Shown piece by piece: positions 36,305 to 45,435 of a DNA stretch of 64,000 nucleotides. This DNA comes from a virus. Taxonomy: Duplodnaviria; Caudoviricetes. The stretch lies in IMG/VR virus record IMGVR_UViG_3300028887_000103, positions 16,373-80,372 of that record. One strand, 5' to 3'. A model generated the notes under the pieces. It was given only the letters and a program-made list of their open reading frames with translations. It searched no databases and was not told the DNA's origin. Each line of letters begins with the position of its first letter. Position 1 is the stretch's first letter. The position numbers were made by a program, and so were the translations under genes.

Positions 36305-37319
36305 TTTAGATGGGACTATCTGTGAAAATGGAAGTCCAGAAAACTTTGCAAATGCAATTGCTTTTAAGGAAGTGATTGCTGAAATAAACAATTCTTACGA
36401 TGCTGGCGATGAAATCGTGATTCACACTGCTAGGCTAGCAAAAGACCGAGAAGTGACAAAAGAATGGCTTAAAAAGAATGGAGTAAAGTATCACGAGTTG
36501 CTAATGGGCAAACCAACGGCTGACCTCTATATTGATGATAAAGCCCTTCCTTACATTCCAGCAAGAGGGCCACAACTCAATAGGAAGAAGTTGGCTGTCT
36601 GTATCTCTGGAGGGATGGATTCTTACATCGCTTACTGGTATGCCATCTATGAAAAAGGATATGACCCTGAAGATATTATCTGTCTAAACTTTGATATCGG
36701 GCATCCTTACAGAAAGAAAGAACAGGAATGTTTGAAAAAGTTAGAAATTCCTTATGAAACTATCACGGTGGATATTTTGCGACCAGAGTTTGGCAATATG
36801 CCAGACGAGGAAAATTATATTATCCCGGCAAGGAATATGATTTTTGCGTCTATAGCATCTGGATTTGCTGAACGGGTGTGGATAATGGGAATGAAATACG
36901 AAGACCATTACTTTATGCTAGACAAGAATACAAACTTCTTTAAGGGTGCGTCTTTCATTTTAAGTCAAGCAACAGGAAACCCTACAGTAGTGGAAACCCC
37001 GTTCAAGAACTTGACAAAAACTGACATCATTAACTGGGCAAAGAACTTCAAACTTCCTCACCTGCACGATACGACTTCTTGCTATAACCCAGACCATCAA
37101 AGATGTGGTAAATGTTCGCTATGCTTTAAGAGATATATCGCTATGAAGGCTTGTGGTCTAGACGAAGAGTTTGCTACTGACCCTACCCAATCAGAAGAGG
37201 CAAAGCGTCTAGTGGAGGCTTACAGAGAAGCAGTGAAAAATAATGATTACACCCACTACCAGAAGGATAGAATTGAAGAAACCTTCCGAGTGCTGGGTTT
37301 GGATGAAAAAGGATACTAG
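36288..37319 (+). CDS. HAD-phosphatase-like domain fused to QueC-like PP-loop ATPase
   Basis: N-terminal YDLDGT, HTAR, MGKP...YIDDKA; C-terminal SGGMDS, IPARNMIF and CYN...CGKCSLC zinc site. Confidence 0.8.
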   Translation: MKKVYDLDGTICENGSPENFANAIAFKEVIAEINNSYDAGDEIVIHTARLAKDREVTKEWLKKNGVKYHELLMGKPTADLYIDDKALPYIPARGPQLNRKKLAVCISGGMDSYIAYWYAIYEKGYDPEDIICLNFDIGHPYRKKEQECLKKLEIPYETITVDILRPEFGNMPDEENYIIPARNMIFASIASGFAERVWIMGMKYEDHYFMLDKNTNFFKGASFILSQATGNPTVVETPFKNLTKTDIINWAKNFKLPHLHDTTSCYNPDHQRCGKCSLCFKRYIAMKACGLDEEFATDPTQSEEAKRLVEAYREAVKNNDYTHYQKDRIEETFRVLGLDEKGY

Positions 37320-38126
37320 ATGCTAATTTTCTTTGCAGGAGCAGAAGGAGAAGACTTTAGAATAATTCTAAAGCAGGCAGGAGCCAAGAATGTGCTTCAA
37401 TCGTTTTGGGCTTTAAGACCAGACAAACCACCGAAGACAGAGGCGTTTGACAATTATTTACTAGATTCAGGTGGGTTTTCGGCAAGGCAACACGGAGTTG
37501 AAATAAGTGTCCAAGAGTATGCTAACTACTTGAATATGTATAAAATCAAGTATGCTTTCAACTTGGATGTTCTAGACTTAAAGACGAGTTTGAAAAACCA
37601 AGACTACCTAGTCAGAAATACCAACACTTACATTATGCCAGTCTATCACGGCAATGAATGGATTGACCCTAAAACCAGAGATTTGCTTGATTATTATATC
37701 GAGTGCTTCCCATACATAGCCCTAGGAGGTATGGCAGGCAGAGAAAATAGCAAAGCCAACCTTCCGAAGTTTCTAAATTATGTATTCAAGAGAACTAGAG
37801 ATAAGACAAAAGTCCACGGGCTAGGGATGACGGGGGTGACCTTCCTTCGCAAATACCCGTTCTTCTCGGTAGATTCAACGAGTTGGATTTGCATAAACCG
37901 ATATGCCCAGAGTAAAGTCTATTCCCACGAGATGACCAGAGTTCGGCTTAACAACAGGTCGTGGAGGGAAAATCTTGTTCCAGAAGCAAAACATTGGATT
38001 GGAGTGCAAAATGAAATGACAAGGCTATGGGATAGACGGGGTATCGTCTGGGGAAACCTCGACTATGATAAACTGATGGCAGAAAGAAAGGTTATGACCT
38101 ATGAAGAATGGAAGGAAAAGAAATGA
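37320..38126 (+). CDS. DpdA/TGT-like guanine transglycosylase, paralog 2
   Basis: LLDSGGFS, FNLD, MPVYHG, IALGGMAGRENSK, YPFFSVDSTSW; clear paralog of 33445..34266. Confidence 0.8.
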   Translation: MLIFFAGAEGEDFRIILKQAGAKNVLQSFWALRPDKPPKTEAFDNYLLDSGGFSARQHGVEISVQEYANYLNMYKIKYAFNLDVLDLKTSLKNQDYLVRNTNTYIMPVYHGNEWIDPKTRDLLDYYIECFPYIALGGMAGRENSKANLPKFLNYVFKRTRDKTKVHGLGMTGVTFLRKYPFFSVDSTSWICINRYAQSKVYSHEMTRVRLNNRSWRENLVPEAKHWIGVQNEMTRLWDRRGIVWGNLDYDKLMAERKVMTYEEWKEKK

Positions 38127-38704
38127 GAGATTTTAACCCAGATAACATACAGATTGTGGGTATAGATGAGGTTCGGCCTAACGGCTGGAACCCTAAACTT
38201 GAAAATACACCAGAATATCAAAAGATTGTAGAAAGTATCCAAGTCAATGGCTTCAAGTCCCCTATTATCGTGCGAGAAGTAGAAGGAGAAGACGGCTATG
38301 AAATCTGTGACGGTTGTCAGAGATGGAATGCCGCTAAACAACTAGGCTTTGACAAAATCTACATTTACAACTTGGGTAAGATTTCAGAAAGTGAAGCGAA
38401 GTCTATCACTATCTGGATGGAAACTCAAGTCAAGTTTGATGAGTTGCAACTTGCACCACTTGTGGCAGAATTAAACGATTTGCAAATGACAATGCCATAC
38501 ACGGAAGATGAAGTTCAAGATTACATAAATATGCTTCACTTCGATTTTGAGGGTGATGGCAAAATCAGTTTGAGTGTTAAATGCACTCCAGAACAGTTCG
38601 ATAAGATTAAAGAATGTCTGAATGTCTATACTTACAACAATGAAGTGGAGGAAGACAAGGCTTTGGTGGAAATGGTAAAACTAGGAGTGAAGAGGTATGA
38701 GTAG
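38123..38704 (+). CDS. ParB/Srx N-terminal domain protein 2
   Basis: NGWNPK, SIQVNGFKSPIIVRE, YEICDGCQRW. Confidence 0.85.
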   Translation: MRDFNPDNIQIVGIDEVRPNGWNPKLENTPEYQKIVESIQVNGFKSPIIVREVEGEDGYEICDGCQRWNAAKQLGFDKIYIYNLGKISESEAKSITIWMETQVKFDELQLAPLVAELNDLQMTMPYTEDEVQDYINMLHFDFEGDGKISLSVKCTPEQFDKIKECLNVYTYNNEVEEDKALVEMVKLGVKRYE

Positions 38705-39329
38705 TGATTTTGACCCAAAAAATCTGAAGAAGATTAAAATATCTGAAATGCTGTTTAACGACTGGAATCCGAAGGAGAATGAAAAAGACTATGAGAAGGT
38801 CAAGAAGTCGATAGTCGTCAATGGATTGGTCACTCCAATTTTTGTGCGTAAAACAGATGAGGGCTATGAGGTTGTCGATGGTAATCAGAGGGCAAGGGCT
38901 TGCAGAGAGTTAGGTTACACAGAAATCTATGTCTATGATTTAGGTGAAATCAGTGAGGCAGAGGCAAAACAACTAGTTCTTTATCTTCAGATTCAAGTTC
39001 CGTTCGTAACTGATATGCTAGCACCAATCGCTGTGGAATTGGAAAGTCTAGGTATGGAGTTGCCCTACAATGAAAAAGAGATGCAGAAGTTTCGTGATTT
39101 AGAAGCGTTTGATATGGACACGGCTTATGAAGACGAAGAACCAGTGCCAGAGCCAGAAAAACCAGAAGACGAGATAAAAGAAAAACTTAAAACCTACAAG
39201 ATTAAACTCCAACCAGAAGATTTCGATATAGTGCGAGATGCTATTGATAAAGTCATAATGTCCGAGAATGTGAATGAAGGCAGGGCTTTGGAGTTGCTTT
39301 TGCTTGTGGCGATGGAATGGGAAAGTTAG
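38697..39329 (+). CDS. ParB/Srx N-terminal domain protein 3
   Basis: NDWNPK, SIVVNGLVTPIFVR, YEVVDGNQR. Confidence 0.85.
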   Translation: MSSDFDPKNLKKIKISEMLFNDWNPKENEKDYEKVKKSIVVNGLVTPIFVRKTDEGYEVVDGNQRARACRELGYTEIYVYDLGEISEAEAKQLVLYLQIQVPFVTDMLAPIAVELESLGMELPYNEKEMQKFRDLEAFDMDTAYEDEEPVPEPEKPEDEIKEKLKTYKIKLQPEDFDIVRDAIDKVIMSENVNEGRALELLLLVAMEWES

Positions 39330-39382
39330 AATAGGTCCTACGAGGCGTTTTAAGCCGTCTAGGAGCCGTTCTAGAACAAAAG

Positions 39383-39398
39383 TAGTATCCAGTATCGT
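39383..39398. repeat. Intergenic motif TAGTAT-N4-TATCGT, copy 2 of 3
   Basis: TAGTAT-CCAG-TATCGT. Confidence 0.6.
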
Positions 39399-39457
39399 TC
39401 TTGACAATAAAGAGGCTTATACTTGATTTTAGAGGCGTTTTCAGTTATAATGTAAAT

Positions 39458-39724
39458 ATGAGAACGAAATATAATCTCAAAGAAGATGAAGAAGTCATTG
39501 TCACAGTGGCACAAATCATCGACATCGTAGAAGGAATTGCTAGCATCAGCAATCTCATAGATGACGAGATTAAGAATATGCCACCAGAAAAACAGAGAAA
39601 AGCCACTATTACTATTTTGGCACTGTTTACTGTCGTGGCTAGACTTTTCCCGTCCAAGCAAAGAAAGTTGATATTCAAGGATTTGAAAGAAGTCTGCGGG
39701 GTTGACTTGATGGATTTGCTCTAA
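39458..39724 (+). CDS. Hypothetical protein (probably leaderless; start re-called)
   Basis: TATAAT 6 nt before ATG 39458. Confidence 0.6.
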   Translation: MRTKYNLKEDEEVIVTVAQIIDIVEGIASISNLIDDEIKNMPPEKQRKATITILALFTVVARLFPSKQRKLIFKDLKEVCGVDLMDLL

Positions 39725-40065
39725 TGAGAGAAGACAACCGCTGTCCAGAGGGTTATCCAGTCTTCAGAGATGGTGGGTTTCACAAGAATCTTCTAGTAGA
39801 TGAAGGCACCTACATAGTTGATAGATACGGCAGAGTTTGCGTTACCACAACCAGCAATAAATGGGAAAAATTGCAGGGGTCTGTCCAAGAATGGAATCAA
39901 GGTTTCGTCCGTGCTAGGTATTTTAGCAACAAGGGCGATTTTTTGACCTATTCTAATCAAATACGGCTTGCTACAGCCGAAGAAGTGGAAAAAACGAGGA
40001 AATGGGCAAAATCCGTGGAAATGCCGTATGAAATGGATAAAAATGGGCAGTTTCGCCTCTGTTAA
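39724..40065 (+). CDS. Hypothetical protein
   Basis: TAATG-coupled ORF. Confidence 0.65.
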   Translation: MREDNRCPEGYPVFRDGGFHKNLLVDEGTYIVDRYGRVCVTTTSNKWEKLQGSVQEWNQGFVRARYFSNKGDFLTYSNQIRLATAEEVEKTRKWAKSVEMPYEMDKNGQFRLC

Positions 40066-40094
40066 ACCTGTGGAAAACTCCTCAAGAAAAAGTC

Positions 40095-40132
40095 AAAAAA
40101 GTATTGATTTTTTGCTATTTTTTTGTTATAAT
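40095..40132 (+). promoter_or_regulatory. Repeated 38-bp promoter cassette, copy 2 of 3
   Basis: Differs from the other two copies at one base. Confidence 0.85.
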
Positions 40133-40178
40133 ATAGGTATAGGGGGAAAGGGTAAATTAAGGAAAAGAAAGGAAAAGT

Positions 40179-40481
40179 ATGAGAATTACAATTTACCAAC
40201 CAGTCAAGCCAGAATATATGTTTAGGGTTGACGAAAATAAGCACTTTTACAAAATCAGAGATTACGAGATAGTCTTTGACGAAATAGAAGATGACGGAAT
40301 CTACTTAAATCAAGCAGACAAAGATATTTTGGAAGGCTTGTTTGAAAGATTCAACTGTGGGGAATATCCAGAAAGTTATCGTGGACACAGTTTGTCCGTT
40401 GGTGACATTGTGGAATTAAATGACAATCTTTACATCTGTGACAGTATCGGATGGAATAAGATTGAATGGGTAAAGGATTAA
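40179..40481 (+). CDS. YodL-like domain protein
   Basis: IYQ...F...N...YRGHSLSVGDIVEL...Y.CDSIGW motif. Confidence 0.7.
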   Translation: MRITIYQPVKPEYMFRVDENKHFYKIRDYEIVFDEIEDDGIYLNQADKDILEGLFERFNCGEYPESYRGHSLSVGDIVELNDNLYICDSIGWNKIEWVKD

Positions 40482-40490
40482 GGAGGAGAT

Positions 40491-40616
40491 ATGATAATCT
40501 TAAGCAAAGAAGAAGCCAGAAGGATGGAGAAGAACATCATCGACCCAGAGACAGAAATGTCGGAGATGGACTTATTTGAATGGCAACATTGTAACGAAGA
40601 CTGGAGGATAGCATAA
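40491..40616 (+). CDS. 41-aa hypothetical protein (not in ORF track)
   Basis: SD AAGGAGG; TAATG overlap with the next gene. Confidence 0.6.
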   Translation: MIILSKEEARRMEKNIIDPETEMSEMDLFEWQHCNEDWRIA

Positions 40617-40807
40617 TGGATGCTAGACAAGCAAGGGAAAGGTTGGCTGAAATCAGGTATATGTATAAGACCAAACAGATTGAAGCCGATGAAGCATATA
40701 GGTTGGCAGAAGAGCCACTAAAGATTTATAATGACAAAGCGACTGAAATTGCTAAGAAATATGGAGTCAGACCAAAAACATTACCAAACAAGATAATCTA
40801 TTGGTAG
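40616..40807 (+). CDS. Hypothetical protein
   Basis: Coupled ORF. Confidence 0.65.
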   Translation: MDARQARERLAEIRYMYKTKQIEADEAYRLAEEPLKIYNDKATEIAKKYGVRPKTLPNKIIYW

Positions 40808-40819
40808 AAAGGAGTTGAA

Positions 40820-41056
40820 ATGAAAAAGATTAAAGTAGAAATTCATATAGATTGTGACCCGATGGCGAGATATCAAGAGTATCTAGGCAAAAAGGTTTTC
40901 AAGATTTTAGGTCAAGAATATCGGAGACCAGATTGGACACTTTTCGGGGATTGGGTGTGGGAGAATGTAGAAATGGATGAAGAAACTGAAAAGAAGGTCG
41001 GAGAGTTGCTAAAAGATGCCTATGAAAAAAATATGTGCCGATATGCACAATGGTAG
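40820..41056 (+). CDS. Hypothetical protein
   Basis: SD GAAAGGAG. Confidence 0.7.
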   Translation: MKKIKVEIHIDCDPMARYQEYLGKKVFKILGQEYRRPDWTLFGDWVWENVEMDEETEKKVGELLKDAYEKNMCRYAQW

Positions 41057-41065
41057 GGAGGACAG

Positions 41066-41293
41066 ATGAGTTTTAGATTAAATCAAAATGCCAGAGATTT
41101 CTACGGAGATAAAGACTATACAATTTCGGAAGGGATATTGTCTGGAAAAGGAAAGTTGATAGTCAGACGAGATATGACTACAAACTGGAAAAACCAGTAT
41201 CTTTATCGTGAAGGGTTGATAGTAATGCAGGTGGATGGACGAGAAGCAAAGAAATTTGCTAAAGATAACAATTTAACAATAGGAAAGGAATAG
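41066..41293 (+). CDS. Hypothetical protein
   Basis: SD GGAGG. Confidence 0.7.
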   Translation: MSFRLNQNARDFYGDKDYTISEGILSGKGKLIVRRDMTTNWKNQYLYREGLIVMQVDGREAKKFAKDNNLTIGKE

Positions 41294-41295
41294 AT

Positions 41296-41586
41296 ATGAA
41301 ATACAATAAGAATCTATCTTTAGGACAAAATGCTATGCGTGGAGTAGATATTACAGAACCAGATGAGATATTTACACCAGAGAATACTAGGTGGGAAGTA
41401 GAAGAGAATGAATATGGGCATCAAGAAAGTCACCTTGTCTATACAGGAGATATGGAAGAACTTGTGGAAGAAACTGGGTTAACAGAAGATGAGTTATATG
41501 ACGAACTAGCAGAATATGAAGCAGAAAGTTTAGATTTGATTGAATCCCAACGAGAAATAGATGAAGCCAGAAAAGGTCAGTATTGA
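41296..41586 (+). CDS. Acidic hypothetical protein
   Basis: SD AAAGGA. Confidence 0.7.
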   Translation: MKYNKNLSLGQNAMRGVDITEPDEIFTPENTRWEVEENEYGHQESHLVYTGDMEELVEETGLTEDELYDELAEYEAESLDLIESQREIDEARKGQY

Positions 41587-41626
41587 TAAGATGAATTTTT
41601 GCTGTATAATGTAAGAAAGGAGTCTA

Positions 41627-42049
41627 ATGAAAATCATAGATTTTGAAAAGAAAGGAAATGTCGTCAAGTTCTACTTGGGCATATCCAAAGATTTTACTGG
41701 AGATGATTGGAATGATGCACCTTATGACTGTAACGCAGAAAGAGTTTCGTCAGAGTATATTCTAGGCACTATGGAAGTGATGTTCCCATACGATTATTCG
41801 GTGAGAGAGCCGAAAGAGCCAGAATGGGAAAGACATTCTTGGACAAAAGATGATATGAAAAATAGGAAAGTCCCCTGCATAGTGGCTAAAAGATATCCAG
41901 AAGACGAAAGTGAAGATTATTTTGACAAGGTATTGGCTGATTCAGAATCTCTAAAGGTGTATTTTGGAGACGATGTAGCGGATGTTAAGAGTTTGCTTTA
42001 TTCGGCAGACGATAAGATAGTGGCGAATATATGTTTGAAAAAGTTTTAA
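41627..42049 (+). CDS. Hypothetical phage protein
   Basis: SD AAAGGAG; GDDWNDAPYDCNA motif. Confidence 0.7.
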   Translation: MKIIDFEKKGNVVKFYLGISKDFTGDDWNDAPYDCNAERVSSEYILGTMEVMFPYDYSVREPKEPEWERHSWTKDDMKNRKVPCIVAKRYPEDESEDYFDKVLADSESLKVYFGDDVADVKSLLYSADDKIVANICLKKF

Positions 42050-42300
42050 GCAAAGAAGAAATCGAAGAATTAAATAGAAAAGCATACGAAACTTGTGCTT
42101 GGGAAATTACTTCGGAAGCAGAAGATGAAAAAGCAATAAAAAAAATAAAGGCTTGGGAACGACTGAAAGAAAAAGGGTTCAGATTTAAGGGTTGGAGAAC
42201 TGCTGACTTGGGTGCAGATAAATACTATTTCGTAATAACAGCCGAAGCCGATGATGCCTGTAAAGATGACCTGGACATTTGTTTCGGAGGTAAAGAATGA
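42031..42300 (+). CDS. Hypothetical protein
   Basis: Coupled ORF. Confidence 0.65.
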   Translation: MFEKVLSKEEIEELNRKAYETCAWEITSEAEDEKAIKKIKAWERLKEKGFRFKGWRTADLGADKYYFVITAEADDACKDDLDICFGGKE

Positions 42301-42533
42301 AGTATAAAATTGGCAGGAAGTATGGATGGTTTGACCGTGCTAACAGAAAAATAGAAACAGTGACATTAGTAGGTGTTCATAGAGATTGCACAAAACCGTG
42401 GAATTTTGGCAAGGAACCGATGGAGTATTATGTCCAGTTTGACAATGGAGAAATTACGATGGGTTACGAGAATAATTTGCTTACGGAATATATTGATTCA
42501 AATGGAGTTAAACATAAAGGAGGCGAAGAATGA
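42297..42533 (+). CDS. Hypothetical protein
   Basis: ATGA-coupled ORF. Confidence 0.65.
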   Translation: MKYKIGRKYGWFDRANRKIETVTLVGVHRDCTKPWNFGKEPMEYYVQFDNGEITMGYENNLLTEYIDSNGVKHKGGEE

Positions 42534-42808
42534 ATAAAGAGAAGAAGAATGGGTATTGGTTTAGCCCTTGCATAAACTGTGGGCAAATGCCTACGGTAGA
42601 AGACACAGAATTATGTGGGCCTTGCTGTTTCGGTGAAGCAGATAGTTTATGGGATTGGCTTTGGGAAGATTGGAAAGGCTGTAAAAAAGCCAGCAAGTAT
42701 GCCTCGAAATTATTGAAAGAAGTAAATGGTGCGGGGTTAAGATATATACCAGATATTGAAAATCGTTTGAAAGAAATAGTGAAGGAGGGTAAAGATGGGA
42801 ATGTTTGA
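42530..42808 (+). CDS. Cys-rich hypothetical protein
   Basis: CINC...CGPCC; coupled ORF. Confidence 0.65.
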   Translation: MNKEKKNGYWFSPCINCGQMPTVEDTELCGPCCFGEADSLWDWLWEDWKGCKKASKYASKLLKEVNGAGLRYIPDIENRLKEIVKEGKDGNV

Positions 42809-43076
42809 TTGGGTGCAAAGAAAACCTGCTAAGTGTCCTGTCTGTGGAAAAGATATTGACGAGTTCCAGAGTAAGGATGGGTTCAAAAAATTGCTAAAAG
42901 TTACCCCAGAGCAACTCATAAAGGACGCATACGAGGTATTAGGCGAAACGGAAGTCCAGTACTACGGATATTGTGATAACGGCTGTGGGGCACTTTATTA
43001 TATCTACAATAGACAGAAAGGTAAATGGACAGAAGATTTTTTGAAAAACGAGGAGTTATATGAACAAAAAGATTAA
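42795..43076 (+). CDS. Zinc-ribbon hypothetical protein
   Basis: CPVC...CDNGC. Confidence 0.65.
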   Translation: MGMFDWVQRKPAKCPVCGKDIDEFQSKDGFKKLLKVTPEQLIKDAYEVLGETEVQYYGYCDNGCGALYYIYNRQKGKWTEDFLKNEELYEQKD

Positions 43077-43161
43077 AGGTTTAGAGCCAGCATTCTGGAT
43101 TTTTCTAATTATCGTGGCGATAATGACAATCATTGCTGTAAAGGTGGCTTATGGCATCTAG
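43060..43161 (+). CDS. 33-aa single-TM peptide (not in ORF track)
   Basis: SD GAGGAG; MNKKIKGLEPAFWIFLIIVAIMTIIAVKVAYGI. Confidence 0.55.
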   Translation: MNKKIKGLEPAFWIFLIIVAIMTIIAVKVAYGI

Positions 43162-43169
43162 GAGAAAGA

Positions 43170-43628
43170 ATGCTCGTATTTTGTGATATAGATGGGGTTT
43201 TAGCCGATTGTAACCACAGACTGCATTACTTAAGCGAGAAGAATTACGACAAGTTCTATTCCGAAGAAGAAATGATGAATGACAAACCTATTGAAGAAGG
43301 TTTAGGTTTGCTTGAGATACTTTTGAATGACCCATTCTGCAGGGTAGTTCTCTTAACGGGGAGGCCATATCGGACAGAGAAACAAACTAGGGAGTGGCTA
43401 AAAACATACAGTTACCATAAAGGCATTGAAAAAATAGATATTGTTATGCGTAAAGACCACGACTACAGACCATCAGAAGTGGTTAAAGTAGAAGCACTAA
43501 ACCAGTTCAATACGGGAGACTTCAAACTTGGAGTTTTAGTTATTGATGACGACCCCAAGAATGTGGTTGCTGTGGAAAAGGGTGTGGAAAACTGTAAAGG
43601 TATTCTCTTTGGAACATCAAGATTATAG
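43170..43628 (+). CDS. HAD-family phosphatase (PNK 3'-phosphatase-like)
   Basis: DIDGVL, LTGRP, MRKDHDYRPSEVVK, VIDDD. Confidence 0.8.
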   Translation: MLVFCDIDGVLADCNHRLHYLSEKNYDKFYSEEEMMNDKPIEEGLGLLEILLNDPFCRVVLLTGRPYRTEKQTREWLKTYSYHKGIEKIDIVMRKDHDYRPSEVVKVEALNQFNTGDFKLGVLVIDDDPKNVVAVEKGVENCKGILFGTSRL

Positions 43629-43687
43629 TTGATTTCTACCTGCATCGAAATTATAATTGGGTTATAAATTAACAACCCGGAGGTAGA

Positions 43688-44011
43688 ATGATAAAAGATA
43701 TAAAAGAAATAAGCCAGAGCCAAAGCACTATGACAGAGAGTGAATTGCAGGTGGTGGTTGCTTGTAAATGGCTAAAAATCGGTATTCCAAGTATGGCAGG
43801 AGGGGAGGCATTGGCAATGTGGCTTGAGAAGCACATAGATGGGATAGAAAGCATCTTTGGTGCTGATGATAGGGTATATATCAGGACAAAAACTCCAGAG
43901 TTAAATAAGGAGTTAGCAGAGTTTCTAATAGGAAAGGAGGTAGGTGACGAATTACAGTGGAAAAAATGTAAAGAGTCAGACCGTTGGTGGTTGATGGTTT
44001 GGTGGGATTGA
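43688..44011 (+). CDS. Hypothetical protein
   Basis: SD GGAGGT. Confidence 0.65.
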   Translation: MIKDIKEISQSQSTMTESELQVVVACKWLKIGIPSMAGGEALAMWLEKHIDGIESIFGADDRVYIRTKTPELNKELAEFLIGKEVGDELQWKKCKESDRWWLMVWWD

Positions 44012-44111
44012 GGGGAATGATAATGTCTGATGACCACTGGGCTTCCGAAGGTAGAAAGTGGCAAAATCAAATTAACAAACTAATAGATACTTACAGAGAA
44101 AGGGTAAAAAA

Positions 44112-44357
44112 ATGGCAACAAAAAAATTCAAAAAGGTAACAGTTTATCTTTATTCACAAATAGAACCACTCGTGTTTGAAGATGGTTGGTTCTATGTGAC
44201 CCCAAAAGATTTGAGCGACACTAGGGTAGAAGAGTTTATCCCGATGGGCCCAAACTTTGTCCGAAAAACAGATATTAGCAAGATTTTTGTAGAAGATGTC
44301 GTGAGAGAAGTAGAAGATAAGAAGGAAAAGAAAGATGAGAATGACAAAGGAAATTAA
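44112..44357 (+). CDS. Hypothetical protein
   Basis: ORF in operon. Confidence 0.65.
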   Translation: MATKKFKKVTVYLYSQIEPLVFEDGWFYVTPKDLSDTRVEEFIPMGPNFVRKTDISKIFVEDVVREVEDKKEKKDENDKGN

Positions 44358-44526
44358 ACTTACTTGTAACGGAGATTCTCCAGACGAGTTGCAATGTAGT
44401 TTAGAATACGATAATTGGCACTTTGACGGGACTTATGATGAAGTCAAAGAACAACTAGATAGTTTGATAAATCAAATGGATTATGAGGTAAAGAAAGGTA
44501 GAAAGTATGAAAGTCAATACAAATAA
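44335..44526 (+). CDS. Hypothetical protein
   Basis: Coupled ORF. Confidence 0.6.
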   Translation: MRMTKEIKLTCNGDSPDELQCSLEYDNWHFDGTYDEVKEQLDSLINQMDYEVKKGRKYESQYK

Positions 44527-44788
44527 GATGCGAGATAAGATATTAGCACTAGTTAAAAAAGATGCTAGGTTTGCCAACGATGACAAATTGCTAATCGCTG
44601 CTATCTGGTGGGGTGAAGGGTGGAAAGATAAAGAACTCTACAAACACTTGAAGGCTGTGTCCAGTGCTGAAACTATCAGAAGGACTAGAGCCAAACTAGT
44701 GGAAGAGGGGTTGATTAAGCCAAATGAAAAAGTTCAACAAGCCAGAAAAGAAGCAGAGCAGTGGGCAAGGGGTGATTTAGGCTATTAA
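44507..44788 (+). CDS. Hypothetical protein
   Basis: Coupled ORF; SAETIRRTR motif. Confidence 0.65.
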   Translation: MKVNTNKMRDKILALVKKDARFANDDKLLIAAIWWGEGWKDKELYKHLKAVSSAETIRRTRAKLVEEGLIKPNEKVQQARKEAEQWARGDLGY

Positions 44789-44806
44789 ACAAACAAGGAG
44801 GTAAAG

Positions 44807-45082
44807 GTGCCATTTCATTTAGTTTATGAAGAAGAGGGGAAAGTCAGAAGACAACAATTTAGCAGTTACTATCAATGCGTGGTGAAGAAGGAACAACTTC
44901 GGAAAAAAGGAATAACAGCAAAATACGGGGAAAGCGGTAGTGATGTAACCCAGCACTATGAAAATAAGATATTCGGGGTAGGAGATAAAGAAGCCATCAA
45001 AAGATTTTTGAAAGTCTGCGATAATGTTGGTGACCTACACAATTCTAAAACTTATGCTAAAATGAAGGCTAAAAAGGAATAA
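44807..45082 (+). CDS. Hypothetical protein
   Basis: SD AAGGAGG with GTG start. Confidence 0.6.
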   Translation: MPFHLVYEEEGKVRRQQFSSYYQCVVKKEQLRKKGITAKYGESGSDVTQHYENKIFGVGDKEAIKRFLKVCDNVGDLHNSKTYAKMKAKKE

Positions 45083-45084
45083 GA

Positions 45085-45378
45085 ATGGACGAATTGGTAG
45101 AAAAGGTTAAAATCTGGGGAAGGGAAAAAGGCATTGACAATCCTTCCCGACAATTAAACAAGGTGACAGAGGAAGTAGGTGAGTTAGCCCACGAGGTATG
45201 CAGAGATAGACTAGATAGCGAAGAGTTCCGAGATGCAATCGGAGATGTTCTAGTGACAGTGATAATCCTAGCCGACATAACAGGAAATGACCCAAAAGAA
45301 TGTCTAGAGGAAGCCTATAACGAAATAGCAAATCGGAAAGGAATTACCTCTGATGGAATGTTCATCAAAGACTTGTGA
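45085..45378 (+). CDS. mazG: MazG-like nucleotide pyrophosphohydrolase
   Basis: KVTEEVGELA, DAIGDVLVT, CLEEAYNEI.NRKG. Confidence 0.85.
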   Translation: MDELVEKVKIWGREKGIDNPSRQLNKVTEEVGELAHEVCRDRLDSEEFRDAIGDVLVTVIILADITGNDPKECLEEAYNEIANRKGITSDGMFIKDL

Positions 45379-45435
45379 AAATAGATGAAAGGTGTTATAA
45401 TATAAGTATTAACAAATTAAGAAAGGAAGGCAAGT

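Noticed and set aside
34768-39329. ParB-N genes as a plasmid-like partition system
   Set aside because: No ParA ATPase or parS-like array was seen, and the genes are embedded among base-modification enzymes.
13208-43595. TGTGGAAAA as DnaA-like boxes or an origin (13208, 23727, 40069, 43571-43590)
   Set aside because: It also occurs inside coding sequence, and the copies are not clustered. Upstream-of-promoter placement is suggestive but cannot be separated from chance without a count.
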